The notes beneath the pieces are model-generated. The model was not told where the DNA came from, ran no database searches, and saw only the letters and a program-made list of their open reading frames with translations. Positions 19,551-30,499 of a stretch of 64,000 bases of DNA are shown in pieces. The first letter of the stretch is position 1. Each line of letters starts with the position of its first letter. Made by a program: the position numbers and the translations under genes. This DNA is from a virus (Duplodnaviria; Caudoviricetes), in IMG/VR virus record IMGVR_UViG_3300033463_000011, positions 1-64,000 of that record; one strand, written 5' to 3'.

Positions 19551-19787
19551 ATGGCAATAACACAAATGACATTAGAAGTACCTAACGCTAATACAACAAT
19601 TTCTCCCGGAAATAAGATTCAAATCGGGAGATTTGATGCAAAAGTCTGGATTGTAAGATTCGGTTGGTATAACTACGGCGGTAATCGTTCTGTATGCGGT
19701 TGGTATCTAGAAGCCGAATCCGGTAATGAGATTAAGCCTATATTTAAAATTGACCTTGATGATATTTATATAATTACAACAGGCTAA
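19551..19787 (+). CDS. Single GWY-repeat protein
   Basis: W.V.FGWY...GWYL as in next ORF. Confidence 0.6.
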   Translation: MAITQMTLEVPNANTTISPGNKIQIGRFDAKVWIVRFGWYNYGGNRSVCGWYLEAESGNEIKPIFKIDLDDIYIITTG

Positions 19788-19790
19788 CTT

Positions 19791-21224
19791 ATGGCGAAAA
19801 AAGACTTCTTATACTGCGAAGAAACTGATACAAAAATCAGAAATAATGATGTAGTATCAATATCCACTTATCCTAATGTTAAGTGGATTGTTAAGAATGG
19901 CTGGTATAAGATTGGTACTGCTCAAAAAAGAGGTTGGTACTTTGTATCTATTGCAGATAAGACAGTTCTCCCTATTGATTTAGTAGATATAAAAGATATT
20001 AGTAAAGATGATAATCAGGCAATATCTACTTCTGAAGAAAGACCTACTCCAGCCGAAAATCCTACATCAGCTGCACAGCCAGAGGTCAATGTCCTTTATT
20101 GTAATGATACAGATACTAAGATATATCATAATGATATTGTAGATATCTCTGGTGAAAAGTATGTCGTTAAGTTTGGCTGGCATGAAATAGATGGTCAGCA
20201 GAAAAATGACTGGCATTTTATTTCTCTCAAAGACAGAAGTATTCTTCCATTATCCGAAGTTGATTTAACAGCAGTGTCTAAAGAACAAGTACTCGGTACA
20301 TCAGAATTCAGACCTACACTAAAAGATATGGAAACTCCTGCTCTTGTAAATGATTATATAGTAATACCTAATACTGATATCAGATTATACGATAGCGACA
20401 TAGTTAAAATATCTAACAGACCTAATATCAAGTGGGTAGTCCATACTGGTTGGTTTATTTACGATAACATACAGAACTACGGATGGTATTTTGTATCAAT
20501 CAAAGATGGCGAGATATTACCAGTATCTATAGTAGATCTCACATTAGTTACTCTTGAAGTTCTTAAAACTCAAGGTTCTGAAGTCTATGATGGTAAAGTT
20601 GTTGGATATACAAGACCATTTACTCTTGCTGATGCAGAGATAATCCGCAGAGCATTTATTACAGTAGAAACCCCGGAACAGAGAGATAACCTTGATCCTA
20701 AAAAGTTAGTAAACGGCAAGATGGTTAGGGTCAATGATGTCGGTGGTGTAGCTTGTTATTACGCTTGGAACGAAGAAACGCAAGTCTGGGATAAAGTAGA
20801 TTTCGGCAGCGGTGGAGCAGGAATACCTGAATTAGTAGGTACTGAAGCTCACCCGATAATCATATCGAAATTAGATGAAGGATTATATAGAATTATCGGA
20901 TACTACAAAGTATCTCCTGATTCTGAATTAGTTCAAACTGATATTGACCACTTATCATTTGTTGCAAACAACGGTGATAATATTAAAATAAAGGTAACAA
21001 CAGAAGATAAGATTACTGACTATTTGGTAGAGACAGATACAATTACCTTAATCATAAATTATGCTACTGAAAGTTACGTAGAGAGCAGAATCCAGTGGGT
21101 TTACGAGAAAATTTCCGAAATAATTTCGGAATTATATCAGGACTTACCAAGCATAATTGATGAAGAAGTATCAAAAATACTGAAACCAATACCAGAATCT
21201 TTTATAAGAGGATTATTTGAATGA
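19791..21224 (+). CDS. Virion protein with three GWY repeats
   Basis: DT.I...D.V.IS...V..GW...GWYFVSI.D x3. Confidence 0.6.
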   Translation: MAKKDFLYCEETDTKIRNNDVVSISTYPNVKWIVKNGWYKIGTAQKRGWYFVSIADKTVLPIDLVDIKDISKDDNQAISTSEERPTPAENPTSAAQPEVNVLYCNDTDTKIYHNDIVDISGEKYVVKFGWHEIDGQQKNDWHFISLKDRSILPLSEVDLTAVSKEQVLGTSEFRPTLKDMETPALVNDYIVIPNTDIRLYDSDIVKISNRPNIKWVVHTGWFIYDNIQNYGWYFVSIKDGEILPVSIVDLTLVTLEVLKTQGSEVYDGKVVGYTRPFTLADAEIIRRAFITVETPEQRDNLDPKKLVNGKMVRVNDVGGVACYYAWNEETQVWDKVDFGSGGAGIPELVGTEAHPIIISKLDEGLYRIIGYYKVSPDSELVQTDIDHLSFVANNGDNIKIKVTTEDKITDYLVETDTITLIINYATESYVESRIQWVYEKISEIISELYQDLPSIIDEEVSKILKPIPESFIRGLFE

Positions 21225-21240
21225 AGGGAGATGACAAACC

Positions 21241-21630
21241 GTGACAGATCCTACATCATACTATTTAGATAAACCAGGGTTGCGGTTATATGATGAACTG
21301 ATAAAACATTATATAGATGAGCAACGACAAGTATTTTATGGAACAGTAGCATATTGGAACGGACAACCTAATTTTATTGGCAAAAGAGGTAGCATTTATG
21401 TATATTCTGATTATAAGAAAAATGACCAAAATCAGAATATTGCTGGAATAAAAATAGGAGATGGTTTAGCGTATCTAATAGATGCTCCTTTTGTAGAAGA
21501 ACTACTTTACGAGCATATAGAAGATAATATTAGGCATATAACTCAGGCTGAAAGAGAGTTCTGGAACAATAAAGTAAGATGTTATATGACAAATGTTGAT
21601 AGCGATACATTAATATTTACTACAAATTAA
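21241..21630 (+). CDS. Tail-fibre-associated protein
   Basis: KIGDG motif, H...HIT..ER..WN. Confidence 0.6.
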   Translation: MTDPTSYYLDKPGLRLYDELIKHYIDEQRQVFYGTVAYWNGQPNFIGKRGSIYVYSDYKKNDQNQNIAGIKIGDGLAYLIDAPFVEELLYEHIEDNIRHITQAEREFWNNKVRCYMTNVDSDTLIFTTN

Positions 21631-21642
21631 AGGAGAGGGATT

Positions 21643-23454
21643 ATGGCTTTTATATCAAAAATCAAATTGCCGAGTAATTCGAAATATGACATTAAAGGTA
21701 CATTACACACTGTTATCGGAACACAGACAAGTGATACTGCGGCATGGACTGGTGTACTTAATGTAGATGCATTAGTTGACGGTACGACAATAGCGTATTA
21801 CTTGCCCAGAACTTCTGCATCTAATGTTACACTTAAATTAACATTATCAGGTGGAACTGATACAGATGCAGTTGCAGTATACTTCCAAGGTAGTACAAGA
21901 ATGGCAAAGCAATACCCTGCTGGTTCAATTATTGTACTTACTTATTATTCTGCTGGTTCTATTTCAGTAGGTGGAACTGCAACCTCAGATGCTAGGTGGA
22001 TTGCCAATTCCTATACAAATACAGATACTAACACTAAAGTAACGCAGACAGAAACGGCTACGGATGATACTTATGAAATCCTTTTCTCTGCAAGTGCTTC
22101 AGGTTCAGGAACTAAGACAGAAACGACAGGTAAGGATGTTGATCTCACATATAATCCAAGTACAAATACCCTTACGGCAACAAATCTCAACATTACTACC
22201 ATTAATGGAGTAACTGTTGGCTCAACACCAGAATTTACAGATACTACGTATGCAGATGGTACTGGTATCACAATCGGAACAGGCAATGCGATTAACCACA
22301 GTAATAGTGTTACAGCTAAATCAACTCAGGCAGTATATCCTATTACTTATGATGCACAAGGTCATATTACCGGTTCTGGTTCAGCGGTAACTATTGGTGC
22401 GGCGGCATCTAAGGGTGTTGCAACACAGATTTCAAGTTCTTCTACAAATAATGATCTTGCTACGGCATTAGCAGTTTACAATGCTATTGATGCTTTACCT
22501 GAACCGATGCAGTTCAAGGGTACAGTAGGTGATAGTGGTTCAACAATAACTTGGGCAAATTTACCTACTCCTGCAACAAGTAATGAGGGGCATACCTACA
22601 AAGCTACATCTGCAAGAACAACTTCTCAAACTGCTACACTTACTCAAGATGTAAAAGCAGGAGATACAATTATATCAAATGCTACGAACTGGGTAGTAAT
22701 TCCGTCAGGTGATGAACCTAGCGGTACAGTAACAAGTGTTGCAGTAACAAACGGAAATACAGGAATTTCAGTTAGTGGTGGTCCGATTACTTCAAGCGGT
22801 ACAATTACAGTTAGCCACGCAGATACAAGTTCAGCATCGAGTGTAGTTGCAACTTCCGGATATTTCGTTGATGGTGTTACAGTAGATGATTTCGGACACG
22901 TTACGGCATTAAGTACATCGGCAGTAACTACAACAGATGCTAATGTAAAACAAACTGCCGCTAATACAACAAATGCAGATTACAGAATCTTGCTTTCTCA
23001 TTCTGCTAATGACACAGAAGAAACCGCAGGAGTTTACAAAGACACTGATCTGAAATACAACCCCAGTACAAACAGCTTATCTGTTACAAAGATCAATGGA
23101 GTAACGGTAGGTTCTTCTCCGAAGTTTACAGATAATGATACTTCAACAACTGTATCTTATTCAAAGCTCAACGGTACTGGAACATTCAAACAGAGCGTAT
23201 CTGTAAATGGCGGTGCCGCAACAGATACAACTATATTTACTACAACAGATACTAGTGTAGGTTCTGCAAGTGGCTGGTCGGCAGGATCAATGCCTTCATT
23301 ATCTGCTGGAACTACTCCGGTAACATTTGATGTAACCGGAGAATTGCTTACAATAGCAAGCGGAACGGCACCGTCACTTTCAGGTGGTGCAGTACCTCAA
23401 CTTACAATAACATCAGTAACTGGACTTGCAAAAGTAAATGAGGTAACTCCATAA
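21643..23454 (+). CDS. Tail fibre protein
   Basis: S/T/G-rich; YDAQGHIT / VDDFGHVT; YNPST repeats. Confidence 0.75.
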   Translation: MAFISKIKLPSNSKYDIKGTLHTVIGTQTSDTAAWTGVLNVDALVDGTTIAYYLPRTSASNVTLKLTLSGGTDTDAVAVYFQGSTRMAKQYPAGSIIVLTYYSAGSISVGGTATSDARWIANSYTNTDTNTKVTQTETATDDTYEILFSASASGSGTKTETTGKDVDLTYNPSTNTLTATNLNITTINGVTVGSTPEFTDTTYADGTGITIGTGNAINHSNSVTAKSTQAVYPITYDAQGHITGSGSAVTIGAAASKGVATQISSSSTNNDLATALAVYNAIDALPEPMQFKGTVGDSGSTITWANLPTPATSNEGHTYKATSARTTSQTATLTQDVKAGDTIISNATNWVVIPSGDEPSGTVTSVAVTNGNTGISVSGGPITSSGTITVSHADTSSASSVVATSGYFVDGVTVDDFGHVTALSTSAVTTTDANVKQTAANTTNADYRILLSHSANDTEETAGVYKDTDLKYNPSTNSLSVTKINGVTVGSSPKFTDNDTSTTVSYSKLNGTGTFKQSVSVNGGAATDTTIFTTTDTSVGSASGWSAGSMPSLSAGTTPVTFDVTGELLTIASGTAPSLSGGAVPQLTITSVTGLAKVNEVTP

Positions 23455-23485
23455 CAAACTTTGATATGAGAGGAATTTGACTATT

Positions 23486-26400
23486 ATGGCAAATATAAAT
23501 CAAGTAAAATTGCCAGATAACAGTATATATAACTTCGAAGATGATACTCAAACACGAAGTGACCATAGGCACTACGACACCGATCGGGTGCCTTTGGTTC
23601 ATAAGGTATATGAGAGTACAAGTTATTATGCTTCATCTAATGACTATGCTAATGCCTCATGGTATTTTATGTCTATTAAGCCTGATGAATGGGGTAAGCC
23701 GTGGAGAATAAGATTTAAAGTACATTCATACTGCCCTAATTACACTTCTACATATCAGTCATATACTTGGTCTACTGTATGTGGCAGAGCAGATGGATTT
23801 ATTTATGCTAACTGGAATGAAAGATACAGTTCTGCTCATTCTTACATATTATTATATCCACTGAAATCAGCAGGATTTACCGCTGGTTATGGTCATGCAT
23901 TAGCAATAAGTATTTATAATGCAGATAATCGTACCAGCTCTGCTTATTATAGAACTTTTGAAGTGGATTTATATGACACCGAAAATTGCACAGTAGAGTT
24001 TCTTGATACTCCTGTTAAATGGACTTCTTGGACAGGTGGTACTACTACAAATTACGGAAGTCTTGCCTCATATAATGCTATTGATCGTGGTTTGCTAGAA
24101 ACTGGTGATACGAATGATATTGATAACCGTATCCTTTATTTTGCAGGTAAGACCGGTGCAAAGGGTGTATGGGCAACTTCGTTGTTTATGGAAGATGCCT
24201 ATGGTACATATCAAAATATCTGTACGGCATCTGATGGAACAGTAACATCATCAAATAGAACTACTGGAACAAAGTACGCTAATACAAACGGCTTTAAAGT
24301 AGGGAGTCCTATTTGGTATACAAATACTAATTATAATGCAAACACTAATATTAGCGGATATGGTAATGTCTATAAAACATTTCAGCTTTTTGATACAAGA
24401 TATTCATTCAATACTACTCTTACTGCAGGATCATTAACTGCATACAAACCACTTTATTTGGTAGGTACTATACATTCAGACGGATTATATTATCTTGATA
24501 CAACTTGGTGGACACAGACACCAACAGATCAGAGTAAGATATACGTTCTCGTAGGCGGAGTATATGACAGTACCACATCTAACTGTCGTGCTACTCTTTA
24601 TGAGCAGAATAAATGGTTTAGATATGATGGTACTCAATTAATTGAAATTGCTAATGATGCCCTTACTGTTTCTGGGCATACAGTTGATGCTGATGTTCCT
24701 TCCGGGGCAGTTTTTACTGATACAACATATACATTTGCAGGGGGAACTAACAGTTTTACTGTAACTCCTTCAGGTGGTTCTGCTCAAACTGTAAATGTTA
24801 CTCCTAGTATCGCTAATGCAGAAATGCTTACTACAAACGCTTTTGCACCGACATCTTTAAAAGGTCCTTATATATCTAAAATTGATAATGCCTTTTATGC
24901 CGCAGATAAGCGTTGGACTGTAACTGCTACTAATATGTCGGGTAGTGTAGCTACTTTATTTGATGGTGATTATGAATCCGGTGGAGTTATTCAGAATGGT
25001 AATACTTCTGTAATAACAATGGATTTTTCTAATGAATCCTCTGGTTATTTCCCCGGCTATCCATATGGTTATATTCTTATAAGTTTTTATTATGCCTCTG
25101 TGCCACAAAGCGTGAGTTGCCGAGTTTATTGTAATTACTCAACTCAAGGTGTTGGGTGGCATAACGTGGCGATTACTAAAGTTTCTGACAGTACCGCTAC
25201 CGCTACAACTTATAGAAGTGAGCATCAAAGATATTATCAAATATCTCAAATAGAGATAACTATTGTTGGAGATACAACTAATTCTACTGGCTATACAAAA
25301 GTAAGTCAGATAGAAATGCATTTAGATCGTCCCAATTCCAAAAAGACACCATTTTTGTCAAAATATGGGGAAGAGGAATTATATTATAACCTTACCGCAC
25401 CTAAATTTATTGGTAATTTGCAAGGTAATGCTGATACTGCAAGTGCTTTAACTACTAATGCTGGTTCGGCAACGCAACCTTGCTACTTTTCAGGCGGTGT
25501 TCCCTCAGCTTGTACTTATTCTCTTAATGAAACAGTTCCTAGTGGGGCGGTTTTTACCGATCAGAAGGTAACTCAGACCGAAACTTCAACTGGGGGTGAT
25601 TATGAAGTTCTGTTTTCTGGAACTGCTGATAATGTTACACGAACAGAGGGAACAAATAAATCAAATAATTTACGGTTTAATCCTAGCACTGGACAGTTAA
25701 TTACTGATATTCTTACCGCAGACTCCGTTGATGCTGATTGGATTCAATCATTGAAATTAGTAAACAATGAATATATTACAAAAACAGAAATGTCAAATTC
25801 TGGTGTAGTTATACGTGATGACAACAATAATTCTGTTATTACATTGAATGATTCTGGTGGTATTACCGCTACCACATTAAATGGTGTTACTATTGGTTCA
25901 ACACCAGCGTTTACCGATACGTGGAAAGCGAATAGTTCTTCTTCTGAAGGTTATGTTGCTTCTGGTAGCGGTCAGGTAAACAAGGTTTGGAAAACAACTG
26001 GTGCTGGTGTTCCGGGGTGGACAGATGATTCTAGCTTAGCATATTCGACTGGTTCTAGTGATACCGCAGGGCGTTGGACTGTAACAATTCCGGGTATAAC
26101 TCAGCTTTATGACGGTTTAACTATACGAATATATTTAACTAAATCTTACAACTCTACATTTAATACCCTGAATGTAAATAATTTAGGAGAAGTTTTAGTT
26201 AAATATAGAGCAGGAAGTCAGCTTACTTCACACGTTCCTCAGTATGCTTGTATCGTATTAACCTACAAGACAGGATTAACTGCTTATGCGGTATCAAATG
26301 CTTATTGTGATCCAGTTAATAATGCTAACTATCGTGGAGCTTGGGCGGCTAATACCGCTTATGCCGTAGGTGATTCCGTACAATATAGTAGTACATATTA

Positions 26401-27934
26401 CATTTGTAAAACGGCTCATACTAGCGGTGCTTCTTGGGCAACAACAAACTGGAACACAAGTACAACCCCTTATACATCTTTGGCAGTACCTACAAGTGCT
26501 ACCACAAATATTACTGATGGCTGGTTATTACAGACAGTATATCAAGATGGTAACGATTATTACTATCTTAGAAGAAATTATGCAAATATAAAAGTAGGTG
26601 CTAATAAGATATTCCCTTATACTATTATTGCACAATGCTCTGACGGTAGGTGGGAAAGCATTGTAACAAGTTCCTCTACGGGTACAGGCAAGGCAAGGAA
26701 TGCTCATGGATTCCGATTAGGTCAGATTGCACTAATGTATGCTAATTCAACATACAATGAAAATGCTACGCTTGCTAATACAAATAATGTAAACGACTTT
26801 TATAGCGGACTTGCGGATACTCGATATTCTTTTAATACGGCAAACAATGCTACATATGGCTTAACTGCATATACCCCTATTTACTTAGTAGGATCAATAA
26901 ATTCATCTGATGGTTTATTCTATTTGGATTCTACTTGGTGGACTCAAACATTACCAACCACAGCAGATGGCAAATTATATATCTATATTGGAGATGCCTA
27001 TGATTATTACCGAATGATGTTTACCAATTCTAAATTGATATATAGATATTCTAATGGAAAAATAAGACAGTATGTTCAAGATACTGATACTATAAATGGT
27101 CTTACTGTAGAAACATCAGTCCCCAGTAGTGCAGTTTTTACAGACCAATATGTAAACCAAGCGGCCAATGCTGATGCTAATGTATCATATCAACTTTTGT
27201 TTGAAGATACGGCTAATAGTGGAAATACTACATCAGGTACAAGAAAAACATCATATCTTACATATAACCCTAGTACATCTTATTTTACAATAGGAGATAC
27301 TACACCGGGCGGTGGAACACTGTCAGTTCATAATATATCGGCAACTTCAGTAGCTTCTACGAATTTTACCGGTTCTACACTTAATGGACAAACAATCCCA
27401 GCTTCTCCAGTATTTACAGATCAGGCAGTTCAGCAATTAGAGGGTGGTAATGATGTTGCTTATGAGATGTTGTACGAAGATACTTCAAGTAGTGGAAATA
27501 TTACATCAGGCACAAGAAAATCATCTAACTTGACATACAACCCGGTCACTAATACTTTATCTCTCGCAGGTAAAGTAGATTGTACTAGTATGAGTGTAAC
27601 TACACCTACATACTCAATATCAAAGACAAGCGGTACTTGGAATGTTGGTTCGGTATCTGCAAAGAGAACCGGAAACATAGTTCAGATGACAATTATTGTA
27701 AAAGGTACTGGTACTGGAGTTACTTGTGGAACTGATGGATTTGTAGGTCAATTATCTGGTACAGGACCGGCACCTGCCCAAGATATGACATTAGTATCAT
27801 ATACAGGTAACTATACAATAGTAGGCTATATTGATACCTCAAGAAATATCTGGATAAGACCTATTGGTTCTGGTACATATACGGCAGGAAGTGGTTCTAG
27901 TATTCAGGTAGACGGTTGTTTCATCTGCGAGTAA
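23486..27934 (+). CDS. Long tail fibre / receptor-binding protein
   Basis: About 1480 aa S/T/Y/W-rich; internal duplicated domain; CBM5/12-like W....Y.VGD.V.Y. Confidence 0.75.
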   Translation: MANINQVKLPDNSIYNFEDDTQTRSDHRHYDTDRVPLVHKVYESTSYYASSNDYANASWYFMSIKPDEWGKPWRIRFKVHSYCPNYTSTYQSYTWSTVCGRADGFIYANWNERYSSAHSYILLYPLKSAGFTAGYGHALAISIYNADNRTSSAYYRTFEVDLYDTENCTVEFLDTPVKWTSWTGGTTTNYGSLASYNAIDRGLLETGDTNDIDNRILYFAGKTGAKGVWATSLFMEDAYGTYQNICTASDGTVTSSNRTTGTKYANTNGFKVGSPIWYTNTNYNANTNISGYGNVYKTFQLFDTRYSFNTTLTAGSLTAYKPLYLVGTIHSDGLYYLDTTWWTQTPTDQSKIYVLVGGVYDSTTSNCRATLYEQNKWFRYDGTQLIEIANDALTVSGHTVDADVPSGAVFTDTTYTFAGGTNSFTVTPSGGSAQTVNVTPSIANAEMLTTNAFAPTSLKGPYISKIDNAFYAADKRWTVTATNMSGSVATLFDGDYESGGVIQNGNTSVITMDFSNESSGYFPGYPYGYILISFYYASVPQSVSCRVYCNYSTQGVGWHNVAITKVSDSTATATTYRSEHQRYYQISQIEITIVGDTTNSTGYTKVSQIEMHLDRPNSKKTPFLSKYGEEELYYNLTAPKFIGNLQGNADTASALTTNAGSATQPCYFSGGVPSACTYSLNETVPSGAVFTDQKVTQTETSTGGDYEVLFSGTADNVTRTEGTNKSNNLRFNPSTGQLITDILTADSVDADWIQSLKLVNNEYITKTEMSNSGVVIRDDNNNSVITLNDSGGITATTLNGVTIGSTPAFTDTWKANSSSSEGYVASGSGQVNKVWKTTGAGVPGWTDDSSLAYSTGSSDTAGRWTVTIPGITQLYDGLTIRIYLTKSYNSTFNTLNVNNLGEVLVKYRAGSQLTSHVPQYACIVLTYKTGLTAYAVSNAYCDPVNNANYRGAWAANTAYAVGDSVQYSSTYYICKTAHTSGASWATTNWNTSTTPYTSLAVPTSATTNITDGWLLQTVYQDGNDYYYLRRNYANIKVGANKIFPYTIIAQCSDGRWESIVTSSSTGTGKARNAHGFRLGQIALMYANSTYNENATLANTNNVNDFYSGLADTRYSFNTANNATYGLTAYTPIYLVGSINSSDGLFYLDSTWWTQTLPTTADGKLYIYIGDAYDYYRMMFTNSKLIYRYSNGKIRQYVQDTDTINGLTVETSVPSSAVFTDQYVNQAANADANVSYQLLFEDTANSGNTTSGTRKTSYLTYNPSTSYFTIGDTTPGGGTLSVHNISATSVASTNFTGSTLNGQTIPASPVFTDQAVQQLEGGNDVAYEMLYEDTSSSGNITSGTRKSSNLTYNPVTNTLSLAGKVDCTSMSVTTPTYSISKTSGTWNVGSVSAKRTGNIVQMTIIVKGTGTGVTCGTDGFVGQLSGTGPAPAQDMTLVSYTGNYTIVGYIDTSRNIWIRPIGSGTYTAGSGSSIQVDGCFICE

Positions 27935-27960
27935 CCTTAAATATAAGTAGGAATACTTAT

Positions 27961-28253
27961 AAGAAGGGAGGTAGAAAACCAAGAAACTTCAGTTTCTTGG
28001 ATGAATACACAAAATCCATCAATATAAATTGATGGTCGCTGGCTGTAGCAGGAACACGAACCTCAAATCTTGAGGCAACAGGACGAGAACAGAGCGTAAT
28101 GATTTTGGGGGAACAAATGCCCATTAGACAAGGAAATGTAAGCAGAAGCCTATTGGCAACTGTGTAAGGGCATCTTGGCGATGCCTGTGAGAATAAGGTT
28201 TTCGAACAAACTTCTCACGAAATCCCATTACCTTCAGGTGATGGGTTCGTCAA
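27961..28253 (+). mobile_element. Non-autonomous IS200/IS605-type mini-element with omega-RNA scaffold, no ORF
   Basis: Left hairpin CCAAGAAAC-TTCA-GTTTCTTGG-ATGAA; right hairpin CCCATTACC-TTCA-GGTGATGGG then TTCGTCAA; shares AGAATAAGGTT and CAAACTTCT with the tnpB 3' end; left boundary approximate. Confidence 0.75.
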
Positions 28254-28278
28254 TAATTATAATAGGAGGAATTAAGAA

Positions 28279-28509
28279 ATGGTATTTAAGTCAGAAAAGT
28301 TTTATACAGCTATGAAATGGTTCGTCACAGTATTTATGCCCGCACTCATTGCTCTTTGGCTTGGACTTTCTCGTGTTTGGAATTTTCCTCTTGCAGAAGA
28401 AATCGGTGCTACAATGGCATTAGTTGAAACATTCTTAGGTGCATTACTCGGTATTGGATCTATCAGATACCAGCTGCTTAATAGCGATAAGAATGAAGCG
28501 GAAGGCTAA
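28279..28509 (+). CDS. Holin
   Basis: 76 aa, two TM helices, before endolysin. Confidence 0.85.
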   Translation: MVFKSEKFYTAMKWFVTVFMPALIALWLGLSRVWNFPLAEEIGATMALVETFLGALLGIGSIRYQLLNSDKNEAEG

Positions 28510-28521
28510 GAGGTTATTGTT

Positions 28522-29556
28522 ATGGAACTTATAAGAAGTAAAGTAATTGATACTGCTCTCAGCCAGGTTGGATATCAAGGTTCAACCTATTCATCGAAAT
28601 ATTCGAAGGACTTGGATGCAGTTAAATTTTATAATTATCCCAAGGATGGGGCTTGCACTTGGTGCTCAATATTTGTAGACTGGTGCATATATCAGAATAC
28701 AGATCCACAAACTGCTAATAATGCAAGATCTGCATTATATGAACCCAATTCCGACAACTGTGGTGCTGGCTGTGTGCAATCCGTCCAGTACTACAAATCG
28801 CATAATGCATGGTACTCAAAGCCCTCTGATGCTCATATCGGAGACAAGGTATTCTTTAAGAATTCCTCCGGTATCTATCACGCAGGTATTGTAGTTGATT
28901 GGGATGCTAGTGGTATTTATACAGTAGAGGGTTCAACTGGTGGAGCTAAAGTTTTAAAAAGATTCTATTCTTACAATGATAGTAGATTAGCAGGTTTCGG
29001 CAGACCTAAATATACTGCAAATGAACCTGATGTAAATCCTACACCGACACCAGATCCTGAACCAACACCGACACCTACACCTGAACCTACATACCCTCAT
29101 TACAAAGTGCAAACCAAAGGCAGCACACTTTCATTAAGAAATCAGCCTAATATCTCTACTTCTAAAGTTTTAGCAGATATGCCTAATGGTACAATCATTG
29201 AGGTTTGGGAGATAGTTAAAGGTGAAGAAGTCAATGGTACTACTGATTGGGCACACGCAGGATACAAGGACTATAATGGATTCTGTACTTGCAGCTGGCT
29301 TGTAAAAGTAGATGATGGTAATACTGCATCTGAGCCTGTAGCATCAAAGCCGACAACTGAAACTAAGCCTACTACTTCTACATACAAAGTAATTGCAAAG
29401 AGTGGACTTAATGTTCGTACCGGTCCGGGAACAGGCTACTACGTCACAAGAGTATTAGGTAACGGTGCAAAAGTTACTGTCTACGAAACTAAGAATGGTT
29501 GGGGCAGAATCGGTAATAAGCAATGGTGCGCTATGTCTTACCTTGCTAAGATTTAA
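28522..29556 (+). CDS. Endolysin (CHAP-like catalytic domain, PT linker, two SH3b)
   Basis: WCSIFVDWC...HAGIV...VEG; LNVRTGPG. Confidence 0.9.
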   Translation: MELIRSKVIDTALSQVGYQGSTYSSKYSKDLDAVKFYNYPKDGACTWCSIFVDWCIYQNTDPQTANNARSALYEPNSDNCGAGCVQSVQYYKSHNAWYSKPSDAHIGDKVFFKNSSGIYHAGIVVDWDASGIYTVEGSTGGAKVLKRFYSYNDSRLAGFGRPKYTANEPDVNPTPTPDPEPTPTPTPEPTYPHYKVQTKGSTLSLRNQPNISTSKVLADMPNGTIIEVWEIVKGEEVNGTTDWAHAGYKDYNGFCTCSWLVKVDDGNTASEPVASKPTTETKPTTSTYKVIAKSGLNVRTGPGTGYYVTRVLGNGAKVTVYETKNGWGRIGNKQWCAMSYLAKI

Positions 29557-29594
29557 ATCGTTATATAACACAATCTATATTATTGGAGCAATAA

Positions 29595-30233
29595 ATGAAG
29601 CTGTATATAAAATCATCAGAAGACGCTAATGAAAAATACGTAATTGTAACAATTCAGGATGAACATGGATATTATACTGAAGATAATGGCAAGCCGTTGT
29701 TATTTATTGATTCCAGAGCTCAAAATTATACTCATTTAGGTAAAGTATATTCTCCAAATTTTACATCTACCAGAGCTAATAATATCAACAGAGCTAAGAA
29801 GTTTAATTCGAAAGAAGAAGCTGAAGCATTTGTTGATAAACAAGCAAAAGAAAAGGATTTGTGGAAACACTATAAAGTTTCTGTAATGCCTTTAAGTGAA
29901 GCAATGGAGCTAATCGGAAATCCTGATGACAATTACAAAGCATACAAGCAAAAACAAGCTGATGATAAAAGAGCAGCAAGTAGACGGTATGCAGAACAAA
30001 ATAAAGAGCGTGCAAAGAAAAATAAGGAAATAAATCCAGGTACATATAAAGTAACATTCTGGTATTCCAACAGTTGGTTAGGTTGCGAAACTTATACAGT
30101 GGACGCTGAAAGTGTTGACGATGCATTTAAGAAAGCAAAAGCAAAAGCACTTCGTCAAGATCCATACAGAGATTCTCAAGGCTATGACCAAAGAATGATA
30201 TTTAACAAGAGTAATATCCGGAAGATTGGTTAA
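29595..30233 (+). CDS. Hypothetical, MKLYIKSS N-terminus
   Basis: SD and promoter motif. Confidence 0.7.
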   Translation: MKLYIKSSEDANEKYVIVTIQDEHGYYTEDNGKPLLFIDSRAQNYTHLGKVYSPNFTSTRANNINRAKKFNSKEEAEAFVDKQAKEKDLWKHYKVSVMPLSEAMELIGNPDDNYKAYKQKQADDKRAASRRYAEQNKERAKKNKEINPGTYKVTFWYSNSWLGCETYTVDAESVDDAFKKAKAKALRQDPYRDSQGYDQRMIFNKSNIRKIG

Positions 30234-30433
30234 CTATGAAACGATATATTAAGGCAGAAACGATATCAGTAAATGAATTAAGTAAGGAGCGATTAGAAAA
30301 TATCGTTTCAGAAATAGTTAATGTGATAAACACCCCTCAATTAGGCGAAACTAAACGCATATTGCAGATAATTAGAATTTTAGAATTCTATAATCTGAAA
30401 TAATATATAAATCGTTATATAATTAGTTATAAC

Positions 30434-30493
30434 CGTCGAGTTTTGTATTTTCCTTGACACCCTCGGCGATATAAAATAAAAATAACAGGAGGA
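30434..30493 (+). ncRNA. Putative preQ1-I-like riboswitch (translational)
   Basis: P1 CGUCGAG/CUCGGCG; loop UUCCU pairs with AGGAG of the RBS; A-rich L3; leader of preQ transporter. Confidence 0.65.
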
Positions 30494-30499
30494 ACCATA

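Noticed and set aside
27961-28253. tRNA or group I intron/IStron
   Set aside because: No cloverleaf or recognisable group I core; intergenic; ends and scaffold fit an IS200/IS605 derivative better.
29030-29095. CCGACACC-type tandem repeats
   Set aside because: They encode the ordinary Pro-Thr linker of the endolysin.
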